Positions 51,401-58,187 are shown, numbered from the stretch's first letter. The stretch is DNA of 64,000 bases from Methanobacteriota archaeon (GCA_043799545.1 JAZDNO010000023.1:1-64000); one strand, 5' to 3'. The notes: generated by a model from the sequence alone, not told the origin. Translations and numbers: made by a program.

Positions 51401-54400
51401 GGAACGCCTCGAAGGTGTGGATAAACGACACCATGCCCCTAGGAGTTACTCTGCTCTGGCACACGGCTCAGAACTCTACGACGACAGCGGCATACTACGC
51501 ATCCGGCATCATCGCCCTGCAGAAAATGTATCTCGTTTTCAACAACGTCACACCAGGTTCTCACAGCTTTACGATCTTCGTCAGGATAAACACGAACCTC
51601 GCGAACGGCGCGGTCCTCCGCAACACCGCTTGGTGCAACTACACGGCCGTGACGAAATACCAGGAGACCAAGGCCTGGGCGGACGTTACGGTTTCGAGGC
51701 CGACGGTCGATGTGGCGAAGTCTGTCAGCCAGGCCGTGTCGTCCCCCGGAGATGTTTTGACATACTACATATGGCTTAACGGCACGGGCGCGGTCGCACC
51801 GGACCTGTGGTTCAACGACACGCTGCCGAACGGCGTCACCTACCTGTGGGATAGCGCGGCCGGAGTAGCTGGATTCGTCTCCCGCACAATCGCCGGCCAG
51901 AACCTCATTATCCACTTCCAGGGTTTCACATCCGGCGTGCATTTCTTCACGATAACCGTCAGGGTCAGCAACGACACCGTGACGCTGCTGTTCGACGGAT
52001 GGCCGCTCCTCAACTCCGCGAGGATTGAGTACCGCGTCCCGACGTACGGTTGGAACGCCACCGCAAGCGTCCAGTCATTCGTGCGCTTCCCGACGATAAC
52101 CGTCGAAAAGTACGTCGACAAGTCCGTGGCCTATCCGACGGAGGTGCTCAAGTACACAATCCGTGTGCGCAACACAGGTTCGGTCGCCTCGCCGATTGTA
52201 TGGGTCCGCGACACGATGCCAACGAACGCGATATACCTCACCAGCACCGTGGGCACGCCGTCTGTCGTGGCGGGAGTGTACACGTGGACGTTCTACAACA
52301 TGGCTGCGAAGGGCACCATCGAGTTCAACGTCTGGGTCAGGGTTTCGGCGAGCGCTCCGAACAACGACACAGTGGACAACCTGGTCAGGTGCGATTACAC
52401 TTTCACCAACGGTTTGATTCGCACCACGACCGATGCATCCACCTCGACGCGCGTAATCAGGCCAGTAATCACGGTTGAGAAGATTGCCCTCCAGCCCACA
52501 GCATACCCGGGCGAGGTTGTGACGTTCGTCATATACTTCAACAACACGATGGGCAGCGGCACGGCTTACAGGGTGTGGATAAACGACACCCTCCCCGTTG
52601 GATTGACCTACGAACCGGGCGGAACGACGCCTGGACTCGTCGCAGGACAGAGCCTGGGATGGCTCTTCAGGAACGTCGGGTCGTATACTAGGAACCAGCT
52701 CACGGTGATGGCGCGCGTTGGCATGGATGTCCCGGCCCGCACGGTACTAACGGACACGGCTTTCCTGAACTACACGGGGCCGTCTCAGTCCGGATACCTT
52801 AAGTTCGAGGAGACGCGCGACACCGCGTCGATTACGGTCATCTCTCCGCACATCGTCGTGGAGAAGACCGTGAACGCAGCCACGGCGAACCCTGGCGACA
52901 TGTTGACGTACGCGCTCTACTTCAACAACACCGGGAACGGTGCCGCCGTGAACACTGTGATTGAGGACACCTTGCCTGAGTGGGTGGCATACGTCTCGGA
53001 CGATTCCGGATTGTCGCATGGCACCTTCGGGCGCACCTTGACGTGGGACATCGGTGCTCTGCCGGTCGGGCCGCACGTCTTCAACGTGACAGTAAGGATA
53101 ACCAGCGACTTCGCAATACCGGACCGCACGCTGCTTGTGAACGAGGTTGCATGCTCGTACGCGACACCCACGGGCCAATCGTGGACCACCGCAGACTCTG
53201 CGGAAACCATGGTAATCAAACCGATAGTCTCGCTCACGAAAACCGCCGCCACAGGCGTAGCCGGGCCCGGGGACGTTGTCAGGTTCACGATAACTCTCAG
53301 CAACACCGGCTCCGACTTGGCCAGACTCCTGTGGCTGAACGACACGCTGCCGGCGCACTTGATATACGCCGGCGACAGCTCCGCATCAGTCACGGGAATG
53401 GAGCGTGTCTCCATGGTAGCGGGGGCGGGCCAGATACGATGGACGTTCGCCAACGTCACCCCCGGGACGCACTCTTTCGAGGTCAACTTCACAGTGAACG
53501 TCTCGATGCTCGATGATTCCGTCTCCCTCAACGCGGTGACCTCGGCGTACATAGCGCCGAACGGCGTCGCGTACCCGAACCTCAGCGCGAGCGCGTACGT
53601 TCACCTCAGAAGGCCGTTCATCACGGTGCAAAAAACAGTGGACAACGCGACGGTCGCTCCGGGTGGTGTGCTGAATTACACCATCTGGTTCAACAACACG
53701 GGAAGCGGGGTTGCTGGGACGGTCTGGCTGAACGACACGCTGCCTGCCATGACCTCATACGTCTCAGACACATCCGGCGCTGCGGTCCAATCCGCAGGGC
53801 AGGTGTTGAGGTGGATATTGCTCGGCGTCGTCCCGGGTCCGCACTCCTTTAGCGTCATCGTGAACGTTTCCAGCACTGCGTACGGCACTCTGGTCAACAA
53901 CGTCACGTGCGGTTACGCGGCTGTGAGCGGGTTCTTCCTGGGCTCATCTTCAGACGAGGCCGTAACCGTAGTTGGGGGTGCAATGCCGACGCCGCCAGAG
54001 ATAACGACAGTGCCTATCACGCCCGTCTGGGCTGGATTCGACGTGCATTTCGCGGCTGACGTCACGGATGACGAGGGCGTCGACACCGTGATGATATACT
54101 ACGTGGACATCGAGGGCGTTTGGGGCTCCGGAGAGATGGTGCAGAGCGCGGGCAACTTCACAACCGGCATCGGCGCGTATGAATACCAGATTGACCCGCA
54201 GACCTGGAAAGGCATAGTCAGCTACTTCGTCTGGGCCAACGACACCCGTGGGTTGTGGAGCATGACCGGGTGGAACGATGTCGTTGTAATCCTGCCCCCC
54301 TACATCGTGTGGGGCAACGTCGTCAGCAACGCCGGCTCGCCCGTCGCCAACGCCATGGTGCTTGTGATAAACAACGCGACCAACGACACTGCGCTGACGG

Positions 54401-54723
54401 TGGCGAACAACGACGGCGTCTACGAGGTCGACCTGGCGGATATGGATTCCGGGTACCAGATCGGCCAGGACCTGACGCTCTTCGGAACGGACCTGCTCTA
54501 CTACGGCTTCGCATACACCGGGGTAGACGTCTCGGGCTACTCTCTCTCTCCGGAGATGCCCCCGTCGGCGGACAACCCGAACAGCTTCCCGTACGACCAG
54601 GTTGACATCATCCTCAACGAGATTCCCGAGTATGGCACCGTGGCATTCCCGCTGCTAATCGTTTTGGCGCTGTTCGCCATAACGCGCCGGAGGGGAAAGC
54701 GCGGGGCGCCCAAGCGGGTGTAA
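36466..54723 (+). CDS. Giant (~6,085 aa) surface protein: 7 N-terminal double Zn ribbons, TM helix, 2 DOMON/CBM9-like domains, FN3 and prealbumin-like modules, 35 DUF11-like repeats, PEF-CTERM-like sorting signal
   Basis: SD GGAGGTG before ATG 36466. Seven CxxC-x10-CxxC units, TM AVIIVIALLMSSALMPFIFSL, repeats K.vd...PG..l.YTI.F.N.G....vW.NDTLP, C-terminal IPEY + hydrophobic helix + RRRGKR. Confidence 0.92.
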   Translation: MSKRESGIECPVCGASNPTGDSECKECGFIFEADRAVAKPPVAAAAPKGVVAPSSTRECPSCMAIIEASDAECPICGEKLVPTFVKETGQEISCKSCGALLDSSLTVCPICGEGLVEVREEPAPEAQADEFTCSNCGSILSFGMTECPVCGVRFDQPLTPPMPVSAVPAEPVEIPMETPEPAVAKDESWDLGSVGGQAVEPADAPYEPEQREEPAAPGIDAIPEEPMQVAEEPPMPVPSAPPEAVPAKVKLADDEFACPSCSVPVKLGTDRCESCWADVAGYVRCPSCGTASGPGVEVCPDCFAKLPLAAAPTAMAPEPELEVPEDKEEPSPKEGDADCPSCGSPVLKEDVMCADCGMILINEEEPPVKKREPRKKPIQQLGVWEKRAVIIVIALLMSSALMPFIFSLPQVERDRIIFDGSFDDWGQVRVNHDDVGALPSEVDITAYQVISDGRNIYFSETVLGNIFSSVRGETMRVFADTDRNPATGYSIRGTGADYMVRVYGWGGVVRSASCLRFATATNQNDFTAFQSHATAYPYASGNQTEVRVLLADMGMNEETRANIVFYMGNSLGQHDFSDLVVSNIGGVLNVRQVPSASVLADGWIPVGTSTEVMTFEMAAAGQDISLTGLETHGLVQNRTLPLMIADGNTVLASVIANPTAAQAGDVVEALFAAADFTLLDGSTAVTGGAARAYAGQPAAGVTIDGAFADWRNEAISDDPTTDVMDRSSTNYITSDNINILGYASGTAASAQGQSLNVYVNVAGHALGGTDVPVEESAHLVPPSSTRSQATPSASQAQSNNTRSEQAQTPAGTRQAAAERPELAPPAPKAKTGEDAILVLLDTDNRSATGYLAGGLGADMLLEVKGREGKVTSTILYGFSGADQRIYSWNAVGNGTAACTGSEIEVGVLLSDIGIAAYAELAVLIHVVDWKEDKDAANVSWDAAGNALGTTRAPAPPNQIYGWVKHANNSIANGTTLAVMIAVSGIASSYVVRTNSTTGGFFFNFPSSYNGRTASFYTTDGTANWGLRRTVLAGNFVGIITKDFNITMNRSLAAYAPKDFMASTGASSDPEVKLRWTATGLPPSGNYRIFRGTTLFYDQSDDAYDCFQFTPQATTSSYGWLDSNVSIGGDYFYYVAAVNGTSNEMNSTFLWNRVQALPESPYTVYGVAKNPDGTRIQGVNVEVRTWNGSVWHIFNKITDPTGGYLVTLQPDEYLLGSEAHVNGTLGDASVYNLTAVPYIPGIQDDKSPCNLTLGPPPMEFSKTVDEQFIVVGETLHYTIWFNNTGTVNASQVWINDTLPQGVVYAADTAATSPTAFPYFVSRTGPQWVGSNQEIYYVFVDVTPGNHYFQIDAVVNVTGVLNGTMLTNWAYMNWTTDGTQYWTQNGTMFYPDGLSDSATSTALVTNVVITKDVDLAVANAGDYLVYTVTFSNAGGVDASFVWVNDTLPNVPPGAVTYVSDTALSLGALFLSSTTWTTPLQYVFQNVPPGAHAFTITARIATNVPVGTALLNNASCTYAMATTSFFGPWDTAQTTVVAPSIAVGKTVDLPQARPGDALTYTIRFDNNGNDVADRVWINDTLDTDTYWETDTSQSLFTMFVSRAISAVPGATLRYVFGNVPVGAHQFTITARIRADALTRPGPDGWAVNSVELDFATNYTSYAQSSASAQTEIIAPAVEVAKDVSAATASPGDPLVYTIAIYNNGTAPASYVWINDTLPAGVTFVRDTAGLGSTAAPFWSASSNASNPLQYVFRDVPPAPGVYSFQVFVTILGTVMDGTCLTNWVYCDYAPQGVQTFDNATTVVRRPIIDVDKAADPGIVYPGSFLNYTIWFNNTGGGGASYTWLNDTLPLNAQYVSDTNASVIGVGPPATTWTHVGNVIRWVFRTVQPGIHSFTITMRVSSAAAEGDFVVNTVLCAYEQANGLKFAPSSATAIAAVLAGPIIGVTKAADHNPVLPGDVLTYQITFNNGGNQVASRVWLNETLPAGVAYISDTNASVTSSGVGLAIFVSRIGNSIRWVFYDVAPGAHSFQVSARVNLEVEWSVLSNYVRCEYLSSTGVYGPDTWDWANVTVLRPNITVVKNVDRAFASPGDLLTYTVSFANTGSVPSIVRIVDDLPLGVSYFTDDAATISGVITLASKGTSGQRLWFNFTNVQPGPHSFNVVVQIRTNVTAGTILVNNALLNYTAENGHEFAGSRDNATTIVSDMVVVKSASRPSVGPGDFLNFTIWFNNTGNMTCSYVWINDTLPAWTTYVTDTAASLGYTFTRTVGVGFVRYAFRNISANSFNSFTIALRVNASVPPGTWVNNTVVMNYTDAFGNLLPGSQDVAPVRVDVAVVGLAKTVDLPVAYPDDLLTYTIWFNNTGTIASPHVWINDTLPSWVTLAAPWSLGGTGAVGGGGLVNFTLNVYYAWHFLNVGVGTHFITLIVRINPAAPSGMLVNLAESDYDNGYGTMLPRNDTATTLVIRPYISVNKAGPGQALPGDWIRYWINFTVTGAGIASMVWINDTLPAELGFITHNADASLSTWAIFAGFWQNGQDMHFNFTNVPAGSYSFWMQVAVSTSAEGEVTNTAYLDYSIANGYVWHAQDDAMTDVVRPHITISKTVNLAEAYPNDILVYTIYYNNTGGAAAAMVIVTDVLPNWVSYIDDTSGVTPVFDGLQTYDWTFMSVTMGLHSFQVRVRVNSTTPHCQTLVNTASLTYSTISNVGTPAEFEPSIDAASTHINRPLITVDKIVDYAVAAPGAFLNYTIAFDNNNPEAAFAVWINDTLPAGVIYVTDTSAAVVGATLASSGRSGQFMWFNFTNVLPGAHAFTVTVRINPVAVPGTTLTNWAHLDYAAANGFMLEPSEDTASTLISAMGITKDVDLPLAVQGDTLTYTITFENTAASPAMFVWINDTLPMGVTYVSDTAFFLGVYGGGPTFSGQVVRFWFQNVPQGVYTFDIVVTIDASVAPGTWLNNTARLDWANELGGIMPSSQDGAETKVAEAVVDIAKSASVGRVYPGQQFTYTIWFNNSGETDATWVSIVDFLPSGVVYQSNTAGAVAGATFLGPMAQSGRYLYFNFTGVLPGAHSFTINLSVSVPLDNVLLVNQASLNYSAGSYQYQDWPVDWANVTLVMPIMTVDKTPEIQPASWGDLVTFTITFSNTGHGTASWVWINDTLPSGLFYVSDTSDTSPTVTPYFQSKGNSGQSLWFNFTDVPSGVYSFTLTVRVGTGIADGTALTNTVDIRYNTPDWNAYPVDSDEAWVIVQVPSIAVQKDVNRNVASPGSFLTYTISFNNVGSWPAARVWINDTLPAGVQYWSDNANLVAGATFLAPTGVSGRRLYFNFTNVVTGLHSFQVVAYVLPTVTNGTTLTNWAFLNYTLASGYRMPPSQDDASTLVTIMAVAKVVGAPVVRALQTVTYTIHFNNTAAFPITYAWLNDTLPAGTTYANDTAWTVANANFVGKWISGQQLKFNFTAVQPGYHSFVITATVAPSVIPGQQLSNLVNLNHTDNAGFEMTGSSSWANCTVARPTLTIAKAAVTPDVYPGSVARFAITVTNIGTDAAGWIWVNDTLQAGLTFVAHNAWALAAFSANESLTANFVSIRFYGLGVGASLTFWLDARVAITQGDDTYRMNTARCAFTSVGGYRLPEEPVDSALIHITRPAVSVQKAVDRSGVYHGQTLTYTIWFNNSGHAPAGDIWINDTLPNNVLYQGDTSGLGVGQHQSIGLWHSWHFTNVAVGARSFTITVLVLQSAPINSWLYNEATWNYTSPNGINPGTATATSNQVSTLVLGPIVSLSKIVDAATAQPGQPLTYTIYFNNTGNSNARVWLNDTLPLDVTYAGHTAATTATHTLLSWGRSGQNLWFNFTNVQPGNHWFTVTVRVNNNAQNGTWANNTATCDFVAANGYHYDRLQDGAITLIFRPMVVVQKTADIGQATIGDTIVYTIWFNNTDDVDASYVWLNDTLPPGVTYVSDTSATSPTASPYFWANDTTGNPLLFEFRDLPPGDYSFTITVAVDYFAAPPADFTAENVATCDVATPWATIDHSEASASTQIVRPWITVGKIGPAIVSPGATVQFTIFFNNIGPSAAAFVWINETFFGSMLWVSDSAAAVSGATFGGRIGTPGPVIQYLFTNVQPGAHSFVVNVTIDPTVAEGASLWNNVTLDYTTSSSQANVDLERSWRNVSLTATGVSITVQKLVSAGTATPGDFLNYTVFFNNLGSENAAFVWLNDTLPAGVVYVGNTSAGVWGATLVSSGRSGQNMWFNFTNVQPGAHWFTITVRVSTSGLADGQPLRNRAYLNYTNANGNMEAPSSASALTVVSMPNITVAKSVNATLAYAGTSLTYTIWFNNTGNGTAAFVWLNDTLPAGVTYIGNTSATVAGATLVSSGRSGQSMWFNFTDVLTGAHSFTITVAINGAAANNTLLANRASLNYTDLNRNIYPWSQDWANTTVLNLPYIVVEKAVNQTSCSSGDALQYTIWFNNTGPATSALVEISDVLPVGATYVSNSSMSVAGATYASSGASGQYLWFNFTNVLTGVHSFVINVTGAGGAGTFLTNWAFLNYTDPTGTIQLPWSQDSATTVVTNVAIIVVKTASVPTADPSDPVQYTITFDNDGTAAAGTVSIADVLPIGVTYVSNSSASVVGAVLASSGMSGQYLWFNFTNVQPGAHSFLVNVTVNAGVADRTPLRNWVFLNYTDMAANPLLRSQSSALTTVTAPVVLVSKVPDMQYADPGDIVTYTITFVNTGSGVAASVWIVDTLQAGLAYVSNTSASVAGAILVSSGRSGQYLWFNFTNVQQGAHSFVLRARVQVGLADGIILRNTAGLNCTDANGNLLPQSVDVADVTVTAPSMSMAKTAAPTNVYPGEYVNFTIIFQNSGAGAASFVWLNDTLPGYCQYITHSASSIPYYLISTYGGGILRIVFRNLPTGLYSFTITVKILTNAPDGVRLDNAARLDSTDANGNKLAQRTDNASVWVRAPSIAVQKTVSDASVYPNQTVAYEIYFDNMGSGNASKVWINDTMPLGVTLLWHTAQNSTTTAAYYASGIIALQKMYLVFNNVTPGSHSFTIFVRINTNLANGAVLRNTAWCNYTAVTKYQETKAWADVTVSRPTVDVAKSVSQAVSSPGDVLTYYIWLNGTGAVAPDLWFNDTLPNGVTYLWDSAAGVAGFVSRTIAGQNLIIHFQGFTSGVHFFTITVRVSNDTVTLLFDGWPLLNSARIEYRVPTYGWNATASVQSFVRFPTITVEKYVDKSVAYPTEVLKYTIRVRNTGSVASPIVWVRDTMPTNAIYLTSTVGTPSVVAGVYTWTFYNMAAKGTIEFNVWVRVSASAPNNDTVDNLVRCDYTFTNGLIRTTTDASTSTRVIRPVITVEKIALQPTAYPGEVVTFVIYFNNTMGSGTAYRVWINDTLPVGLTYEPGGTTPGLVAGQSLGWLFRNVGSYTRNQLTVMARVGMDVPARTVLTDTAFLNYTGPSQSGYLKFEETRDTASITVISPHIVVEKTVNAATANPGDMLTYALYFNNTGNGAAVNTVIEDTLPEWVAYVSDDSGLSHGTFGRTLTWDIGALPVGPHVFNVTVRITSDFAIPDRTLLVNEVACSYATPTGQSWTTADSAETMVIKPIVSLTKTAATGVAGPGDVVRFTITLSNTGSDLARLLWLNDTLPAHLIYAGDSSASVTGMERVSMVAGAGQIRWTFANVTPGTHSFEVNFTVNVSMLDDSVSLNAVTSAYIAPNGVAYPNLSASAYVHLRRPFITVQKTVDNATVAPGGVLNYTIWFNNTGSGVAGTVWLNDTLPAMTSYVSDTSGAAVQSAGQVLRWILLGVVPGPHSFSVIVNVSSTAYGTLVNNVTCGYAAVSGFFLGSSSDEAVTVVGGAMPTPPEITTVPITPVWAGFDVHFAADVTDDEGVDTVMIYYVDIEGVWGSGEMVQSAGNFTTGIGAYEYQIDPQTWKGIVSYFVWANDTRGLWSMTGWNDVVVILPPYIVWGNVVSNAGSPVANAMVLVINNATNDTALTVANNDGVYEVDLADMDSGYQIGQDLTLFGTDLLYYGFAYTGVDVSGYSLSPEMPPSADNPNSFPYDQVDIILNEIPEYGTVAFPLLIVLALFAITRRRGKRGAPKRV
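40234..53973 (+). repeat. Array of 35 tandem ~131-aa DUF11-like (Ig-like) repeats
   Basis: Counted by eye from MEFSKTVD (40234) to ITVQKTVD (~53620); mean period about 392 nt. Confidence 0.9.
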
Positions 54724-54727
54724 CGCA

Positions 54728-55534
54728 ATGGCGCACAGAAAAGCCCTGTTCGCAACTGTAATCGTGGCCATTCTGGCAATTACCATGCTGGTGGCGCTCG
54801 CCCCAAGCGTGTCGGCGGTTCCGAGGGTCTATTACATCCACGTCAGCGACGGGGGAATCCCTTCGGCTGGGGCCATCGTGAACCTGACAGACATCCGCAG
54901 CGGCTGGCGCGGAAGCGGGACGACGGACGGCAACGGATTGTTCCAAACGGGGGTGCCTTTCGAGGATCCTGGATTCTCTGTCGTGAGGGGCGACACCCTA
55001 GTGATAACCGCGGCAAAAGGCGGGCGCGTCGGAATGACGAGCGTCATCCTGGAAGCTCAGGCCAGCGCGACAGCGTCTGTCTCGCTCGACCTGGCTGCAA
55101 ACGTGCCCCCCACCCCTGTGGCAATAACAAGTGTCGATGCGGGGGAGGGCTACGTCGACGTCGCCTGGAGCGAATCGGCCACCCAGGACTTCGGCAAGTA
55201 CGGAGTTTACGTTTCCACATCCGCAGGGACTTACGGCAGCGAGAGGTGGAGCTCATCGAACCTGAAGACCGGTTCGTGCCGCGTGGATGGGCTCGAGCCA
55301 GGGACCAGGTATTATCTGCGCGTCGCCGTGCTGGATGCGGGCGGGGCGGCCGCGTTCTCGGGGCAGAGCGCTGTAACGACCGAGGGCAACAAGCCAGTGA
55401 CTTACGCGCTTCTGCTGGGTGCAATCGTGGTTGCTGCCATCCTTCTGCTGGTGTACATGTTCAAGCGGGGGAAGGGCGCTAAGCAATCGGGGGAAACCAA
55501 GCCCGCTCCCAGGCGCCGAAGGCGGAGAGGTTAG
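54728..55534 (+). CDS. Membrane-anchored surface protein (signal peptide, carboxypeptidase-regulatory-like domain, FN3, TM, basic tail)
   Basis: VDVAWSES...GLEPGTRYYLRVAV FN3 motif; C-terminal hydrophobic helix followed by KRGK...RRRRRG. Confidence 0.85.
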   Translation: MAHRKALFATVIVAILAITMLVALAPSVSAVPRVYYIHVSDGGIPSAGAIVNLTDIRSGWRGSGTTDGNGLFQTGVPFEDPGFSVVRGDTLVITAAKGGRVGMTSVILEAQASATASVSLDLAANVPPTPVAITSVDAGEGYVDVAWSESATQDFGKYGVYVSTSAGTYGSERWSSSNLKTGSCRVDGLEPGTRYYLRVAVLDAGGAAAFSGQSAVTTEGNKPVTYALLLGAIVVAAILLLVYMFKRGKGAKQSGETKPAPRRRRRRG

Positions 55535-55540
55535 CCGTCC

Positions 55541-58177
55541 ATGCCGAATGTTACCGGGATGCGCTGCGCCGCGGTCCTTGCCATCGCTGCCGCCCTGCTC
55601 ATACCCGCTGTAGGGACGTCCCAGGTTCCTTACACTGTGGCCGGGCGGGTCACGGATTCTTGGGGAAGCCCGGTTCCTGGAGCAGTCGTTGTCGTGAGCA
55701 ACATCGGCAGCGGGGGCTCTATGGAAACGGCGACGGACGTATCAGGAAGGTACTTGGTTGACATCGCAGGGTTCCCATATGGGTACGCGCCAGGGGACGA
55801 GATTCGCGTCGAGGTGACAGCGGGGGCTCTGTCCACGCAGGGAACCGGCTTTGTCATCGCATCTGCCAGCGCCACCTACTTGAACCTGACGATCGTTGAC
55901 ACGACGCCGCCCGAGATATTCCACCAACAGCACCCGTACGTCATAGCCTGCGTTCCGCTTGCAATCGAGTGCGGCGTCTCGGACGATATGCACGCCGATT
56001 CTGTGACATTCAGATATATACAGCCTGGTTCTTCGACTGCTCTAACCTTGAACATGTCGCTCTCATCTGGAACTCCGAGCAACGGCACTTGGTCCGCGGC
56101 GGTTCCTGCGCTGGAATCGACGGGCACGCTCAACTACTGGTTCGAGGCGGCAGACCTTTCAGGCAACGAGGCGGATGCCTGTTACTTCTCAGTTCCGGTC
56201 TTGCACGGCCCGCTCTCAGCGCTCGAGATTGTTGCTCCGTCCACAGTCCGGGCAGGGGAAGGGTTCTCGGTTACTGTGAGCGCGCGGGACCTCTGCGGCA
56301 ACCTGGTCTCAAACTACACGGGGGCTGTCAACTTTACCTCCGCTGAACCATATCCCGCGACACTGCCGCCCTCCAGCATATTCACGGGCTCCGAAAACGG
56401 GACCGACACATTCAATGGCCTTGCCCTTTTCACGCCGCCAATCCAGTCAATCACAGTGACGGACGCGGCGGCCGGATTGTCCGCTACTGCCTCCATCATC
56501 GTGTTCCCCGGTCCCGCGATGATGATGAGCTGGGTGCCGGACGAAGCGACCATGGCGGCGGGCTCAAAGCAACAGTTCCAGGCGCGCACCGTCGATCGTT
56601 TCGGCAACCCGAGCGAGTATTCGACCAACCTGGACGTGCTTCTGTCGTCCTCTTCGTCAGGCGGTGCCTTCAACCCGATCCAGCTGGCATTGCCAGCAGG
56701 CGGCCTGTCTGCCCCGGTCGAGTACTCCGACGTTGCGGTTGGCGGACCGCACGCGCTCAAGGCTCTACCGACGGATCCGCTCGTCGCGGCGGGATGGGCT
56801 AACGTCACCGTGCTGAATGCGAGCGCCGACGCATGGCACTTTGACCCCCAGACGGCTTCGGTGAGCGCCGGGGCGCCGTTGTGGCTCAATGTCTCGCTTG
56901 TAAACTCAAGTGGTGTCACCAAGACTCTCCAAGTGGCGACGATAGTAAGATTGGCGACATCGTCATCAGGAGGATCGTTTTTCGACCCGACGACAGGCGC
57001 GGTGAAAACGTTTGTTACCATCCAAGCCGGTGCAGGCAAAGCCGCGGTGATATACAAGGACACGCAGTCCACCCGCCTCGTCGACAAGACGTACTCCCAC
57101 GTTCTGACAGCTTCAAACGGAAGCTTTGTGGCGACGGGGATGGCGAACGTCTTCATTCAGGATGGTCTAGCATCAGCGCTGCTCCTTGAGGGGCCCTCCG
57201 AGGTGATAGCCGGAGAGGAGTTCAATATCATCGCTTGGGCAATTGACGAGTACGGGAATAGGGCTTACGATCACTCCGGCATGGTATACGCAAGCTCCAA
57301 TGATATTGACTGGGGCGGCGCTTGGAGTTCTTTTCCCATCGGGGGCCAAGCATACGCCACGCTGCAAATTAACCTGACCAGGGTCGGCATCTGGCGGCTT
57401 AACGTGACGACTGGGGGTATCTGGGCGAGTTCCAACATCTCTGTGAGGAACGCGCGGGCGAACGCCCTTAGAATGATCGGGCCCACGGAGGTCGAAGCCG
57501 GTGAGCAGTTTGACGTCTGGCTTGCTGTGAGCGACAGATTTGGAAACGCTGCTGTCGATTACACCGGAAATGTGACGCTGGCCTCGACGGACCCATACCC
57601 TGCCAAACTGCCTGGAAATGCCTCGTTCAAGGAATCTGGCGGAGGGGTTCTTGTGATTCCCGGACTTTCGCTATTCACTACCCCCCAGCAGAAGATCAAC
57701 GTCACGACAGATAACGGGGCGCTCTTTGCATGGGCGTCCATCGGAGTTGTTGACACCTCGCCTCCCATAATAACAGTGGAGTTTCCATCGGAGATTTATT
57801 CTGGTGAAGATTTCCAGATTTGGGTGAACGCCAGCGATACGGCCAGAATCGAGTACGTGAGCATCGAAGATGCCTGGATGGGCAGCAGCGCAGCCTTTGA
57901 TTTGCGCATGGTTTCCGGGAACGAAACGACCCGCGTCGGAAGTTATCTGGCAAATGCCACTCCCGAGGAGGGTGCAAAGAATTTCACATTTACCGTGGAG
58001 GCTTCCGACGGGTCGAATGTCGTCACATCCCCCGAAACGGGCAAATACACAATTGAGATAACTGACGACAGTGGGTTGTCAACGGAGTGGGCAGCGGCCA
58101 TCGCCTTAATCGCCATAATGACAATAATTATCCTACTGGTGTTCATCGGAAGGCGCCGCCGCAAGCCCGAACGTTAA
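55541..58177 (+). CDS. Membrane-anchored surface protein with tandem Ig-like modules
   Basis: Signal peptide; PYTVAGRV prealbumin-like domain; repeated V.AGE.F.V.v.A.D..GN....YTG.V..tS modules; C-terminal TM followed by RRRRK. Confidence 0.85.
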   Translation: MPNVTGMRCAAVLAIAAALLIPAVGTSQVPYTVAGRVTDSWGSPVPGAVVVVSNIGSGGSMETATDVSGRYLVDIAGFPYGYAPGDEIRVEVTAGALSTQGTGFVIASASATYLNLTIVDTTPPEIFHQQHPYVIACVPLAIECGVSDDMHADSVTFRYIQPGSSTALTLNMSLSSGTPSNGTWSAAVPALESTGTLNYWFEAADLSGNEADACYFSVPVLHGPLSALEIVAPSTVRAGEGFSVTVSARDLCGNLVSNYTGAVNFTSAEPYPATLPPSSIFTGSENGTDTFNGLALFTPPIQSITVTDAAAGLSATASIIVFPGPAMMMSWVPDEATMAAGSKQQFQARTVDRFGNPSEYSTNLDVLLSSSSSGGAFNPIQLALPAGGLSAPVEYSDVAVGGPHALKALPTDPLVAAGWANVTVLNASADAWHFDPQTASVSAGAPLWLNVSLVNSSGVTKTLQVATIVRLATSSSGGSFFDPTTGAVKTFVTIQAGAGKAAVIYKDTQSTRLVDKTYSHVLTASNGSFVATGMANVFIQDGLASALLLEGPSEVIAGEEFNIIAWAIDEYGNRAYDHSGMVYASSNDIDWGGAWSSFPIGGQAYATLQINLTRVGIWRLNVTTGGIWASSNISVRNARANALRMIGPTEVEAGEQFDVWLAVSDRFGNAAVDYTGNVTLASTDPYPAKLPGNASFKESGGGVLVIPGLSLFTTPQQKINVTTDNGALFAWASIGVVDTSPPIITVEFPSEIYSGEDFQIWVNASDTARIEYVSIEDAWMGSSAAFDLRMVSGNETTRVGSYLANATPEEGAKNFTFTVEASDGSNVVTSPETGKYTIEITDDSGLSTEWAAAIALIAIMTIIILLVFIGRRRRKPER

Positions 58178-58187
58178 CCCTTTTATA
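58176..58187 (+). promoter_or_regulatory. BRE-TATA promoter of proS (near-leaderless)
   Basis: aacccttttata about 25 nt upstream of ATG 58212. Confidence 0.55.

Noticed and set aside
36462-54779. Antisense and frame-shifted ORFs within the giant gene (for example 36462-37796, 46468-47580, 49419-50834)
   Set aside because: They are shadows of the repetitive coding sequence, with no start signals or independent motifs.
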